A DNA stretch of 64,000 bases from an uncultured Bacteroidales bacterium (GTDB taxonomy: Bacteria; Bacteroidota; Bacteroidia; Bacteroidales; FEN-979): positions 11,891 through 75,890 of the forward strand of contig CAIWMX010000061.1 in the NCBI GenBank assembly GCA_903913885.1, read 5' to 3'. The notes beneath the pieces are model-generated. The model made no database searches. It saw only the letters and a program-made list of their open reading frames with translations, and was not told where the DNA came from. Position numbers and translations under genes: made by a program. Below, piece by piece: positions 63,201-64,000 of this stretch. Each line of letters begins with the position of its first letter. The first letter of the stretch is position 1.

Positions 63201-64000
63201 ACAAGACGAACACAGCCACCTCCGGGATTCATATCGGCGACCACACAACAGGTTCTGTTAATCCCATCAACGTGGTGACCGCGGCAACCGACGCGCACAA
63301 CAACTGTAAAATTTACAGCAACACCATCTCCAATTCCTATACCGGCATCGATCTGCAGGGTTACAGCGGCGGGCTCTCGGCCTATGATGGCGGGAACGAG
63401 ATCGGGGTATCGGGCGGAAACACCATCGCCAATTTCGGCGGAGGGTCCATCGCCGCCCAGGCGATCTACACAAGCTACCAGCAAAACCTGAAGGTCGCGA
63501 ACAACATCGTCAGCGGGGGCGCCGGAACCACCGGCTATCTATACGGGATCAACCTGGCTTCGGGAACCGGCTCCAGCGCCGACGTCACCGGCAACGACAT
63601 TACGCTGGGCGCCGCTACCAGCCATATCTACGGCGTCTACAACGCCATGGGGAATGCCGGTGCCGCGCCCAACACCCTCAACATCAGCAACAACATCATC
63701 GAAAACTGTTCCGGCACCCTGGCAGGCGATTCCTACCTCTACGGCATCTACCAGTATGCCACTGCCAGTACGGTGAACCTGAACGGGAACATCATCAGGA
63801 ATTTCACCAAGCCATCAACCGGGCAGATCTGCGCCATCTTCCAGAACAATACCGCCGCCAGCGGGGCGGAAAGCATCAGCAACAACCAGATCTACAACCT
63901 CACCTCCACCGGCGCCGCTTCCGTGGTGGGAATCGAAAGCTACCCCGCATCGACCACCACCGGCACCCTGTCGGGCAACCTCATCCACGCGCTCAGCTCG
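60215..64000 (+). CDS. Second giant beta-helix surface protein, paralogous to 45654-56705 (3' end runs off the window)
   Basis: Absent from the ORF track because no stop occurs before the window end. ATG 60215 opens MKRIYPLLILLLFTELLYSQPLTGTKTIPGDYATIQEAI... The frame contains the same NNLFYAGTPG..DIGADEF..PPVISYT module (about 61985-62735) as the 3683-aa protein. It also has an internal duplication of its own N-terminal module (60260-60790 versus 62735-63250). Confidence 0.85.
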   Translation, partial: MKRIYPLLILLLFTELLYSQPLTGTKTIPGDYATIQEAIVALNSHGVGYGGVTFNVAAGSSETLASATSGLINYYCGPSWYSNTYSPVVFQKSGSGANPLITAFTPGTSTATDGIIMLAGVNSITFDGIDLQENPLNITPTMQMEWGYALVKKNTTAPVMGCQNVTIRNCNITLNKANTASCGIHAGNHVFNSSTVLNFSISSDANNGCRFYGNNISNVSNGIDVEGYSGSLALYDNANEIGVTAGNVITNFGGGAGNPCGIYASYQENLKIAGNTVNGGSGSSGNLYGIYTGPGTGSDLEISGNTVTLTPTVAINTFFGIRNTMGSISSSPNTVSIFNNIIENFTSPVSSNWPSCLISQEASAATVNIYGNILRNNTSYGANYFYAIAELSNVAGGIRNIYNNQIFNLSIGTSTSVYGIDYNTSTTTTGNIYNNTIHGIVSNGGTNKGIMLEAGGTTNLYRNKLYDISSNGNGTNGQGLITGVHIQATTTVNLFNNYISDLRGPTTMYGYAGDAIDGIFLNTATTCNITGNTIYLNASSIYSGFRTSCLSISSNVISSVVLKNNILVNLSASTGTGNFATAMRRGSTSLTNYATTSDNNLFYAGTPGPNHLIFEDYTNADQTLAAFRARVTPREISSITELPPFVNAAGNDLHLTAGAGTACESGGQVIASPIAITDDFDGDARYPNAGYPNNPAHPATAPDIGADEFAGSADNTPPVISYTSVPDPPDNNPVTLTATIIDQGLGVATSGGGLPMLYWKKSSDAGYTGVQGVSAGAGQYTFIFGSGVSSGDVVYYYVVAQDLVVPANVSAYPSSGAAGYSSNPPAVSTPPSAPNYYTVQSPLVGTKTIPGDFASIQAAVAVLNSRGTGTTGITFNVAAGYTETFTNAGGGLINFTCSPSWYSSATNPVVFRKWGAGANPLITAFTPGTSLTLDGIIKIAGGDYITFDGIDLQENPLNTTPTMQMEWGYALLKKNASGSADGCQNVVIRNCSITLNKTNTATSGIHIGDHTTGSVNPINVVTAATDAHNNCKIYSNTISNSYTGIDLQGYSGGLSAYDGGNEIGVSGGNTIANFGGGSIAAQAIYTSYQQNLKVANNIVSGGAGTTGYLYGINLASGTGSSADVTGNDITLGAATSHIYGVYNAMGNAGAAPNTLNISNNIIENCSGTLAGDSYLYGIYQYATASTVNLNGNIIRNFTKPSTGQICAIFQNNTAASGAESISNNQIYNLTSTGAASVVGIESYPASTTTGTLSGNLIHALSS

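Overview
This 64-kb chromosomal fragment looks like Bacteroidota. That placement is an inference from several T9SS-type C-terminal sorting domains, a Bacteroidetes-type tyrosine integrase, a TPR/HK/REC/AraC hybrid regulator and TAnnTTTG promoter boxes.

Layout:
- 1-13.4 kb (all minus strand, about 55% GC): two tandem sensor kinases, a secreted serpin, a T9SS LRR-like protein, an AT-rich MazF-type TA pair, a 53-bp tandem repeat, an OM beta-barrel protein, an HD hydrolase and a metallophosphoesterase.
- 13.4-42.6 kb: a roughly 29-kb integrase-bearing genomic island inserted in tRNA-Val(CAC), bounded by a perfect 60-bp direct repeat. It carries two paralogous beta-helix-like secreted proteins, a 4489-aa modular T9SS adhesin, a type I R-M system and a HigB / HTH-ImmA pair.
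- 42.6-64 kb: an AAA ATPase, a membrane AraC regulator, a 3683-aa beta-helix T9SS surface protein, an 85-aa tail-anchored protein, a TPR-HK-REC-AraC hybrid regulator and a second, paralogous giant surface-protein gene that runs off the window.

The most interesting candidate sits inside the type I R-M system. Two extra genes lie between hsdS and hsdR: a DUF900-like alpha/beta-hydrolase with an unassigned N-terminal domain, and a Schlafen/AlbA_2-HATPase_c_4 protein. This PrrC-like placement suggests an R-M-coupled defence module.

Two long genes are missing from the ORF track because they run off the window edges (1-2108 minus, 60215-64000 plus). All homology statements come from motifs I recognised by eye. 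No database search was run.
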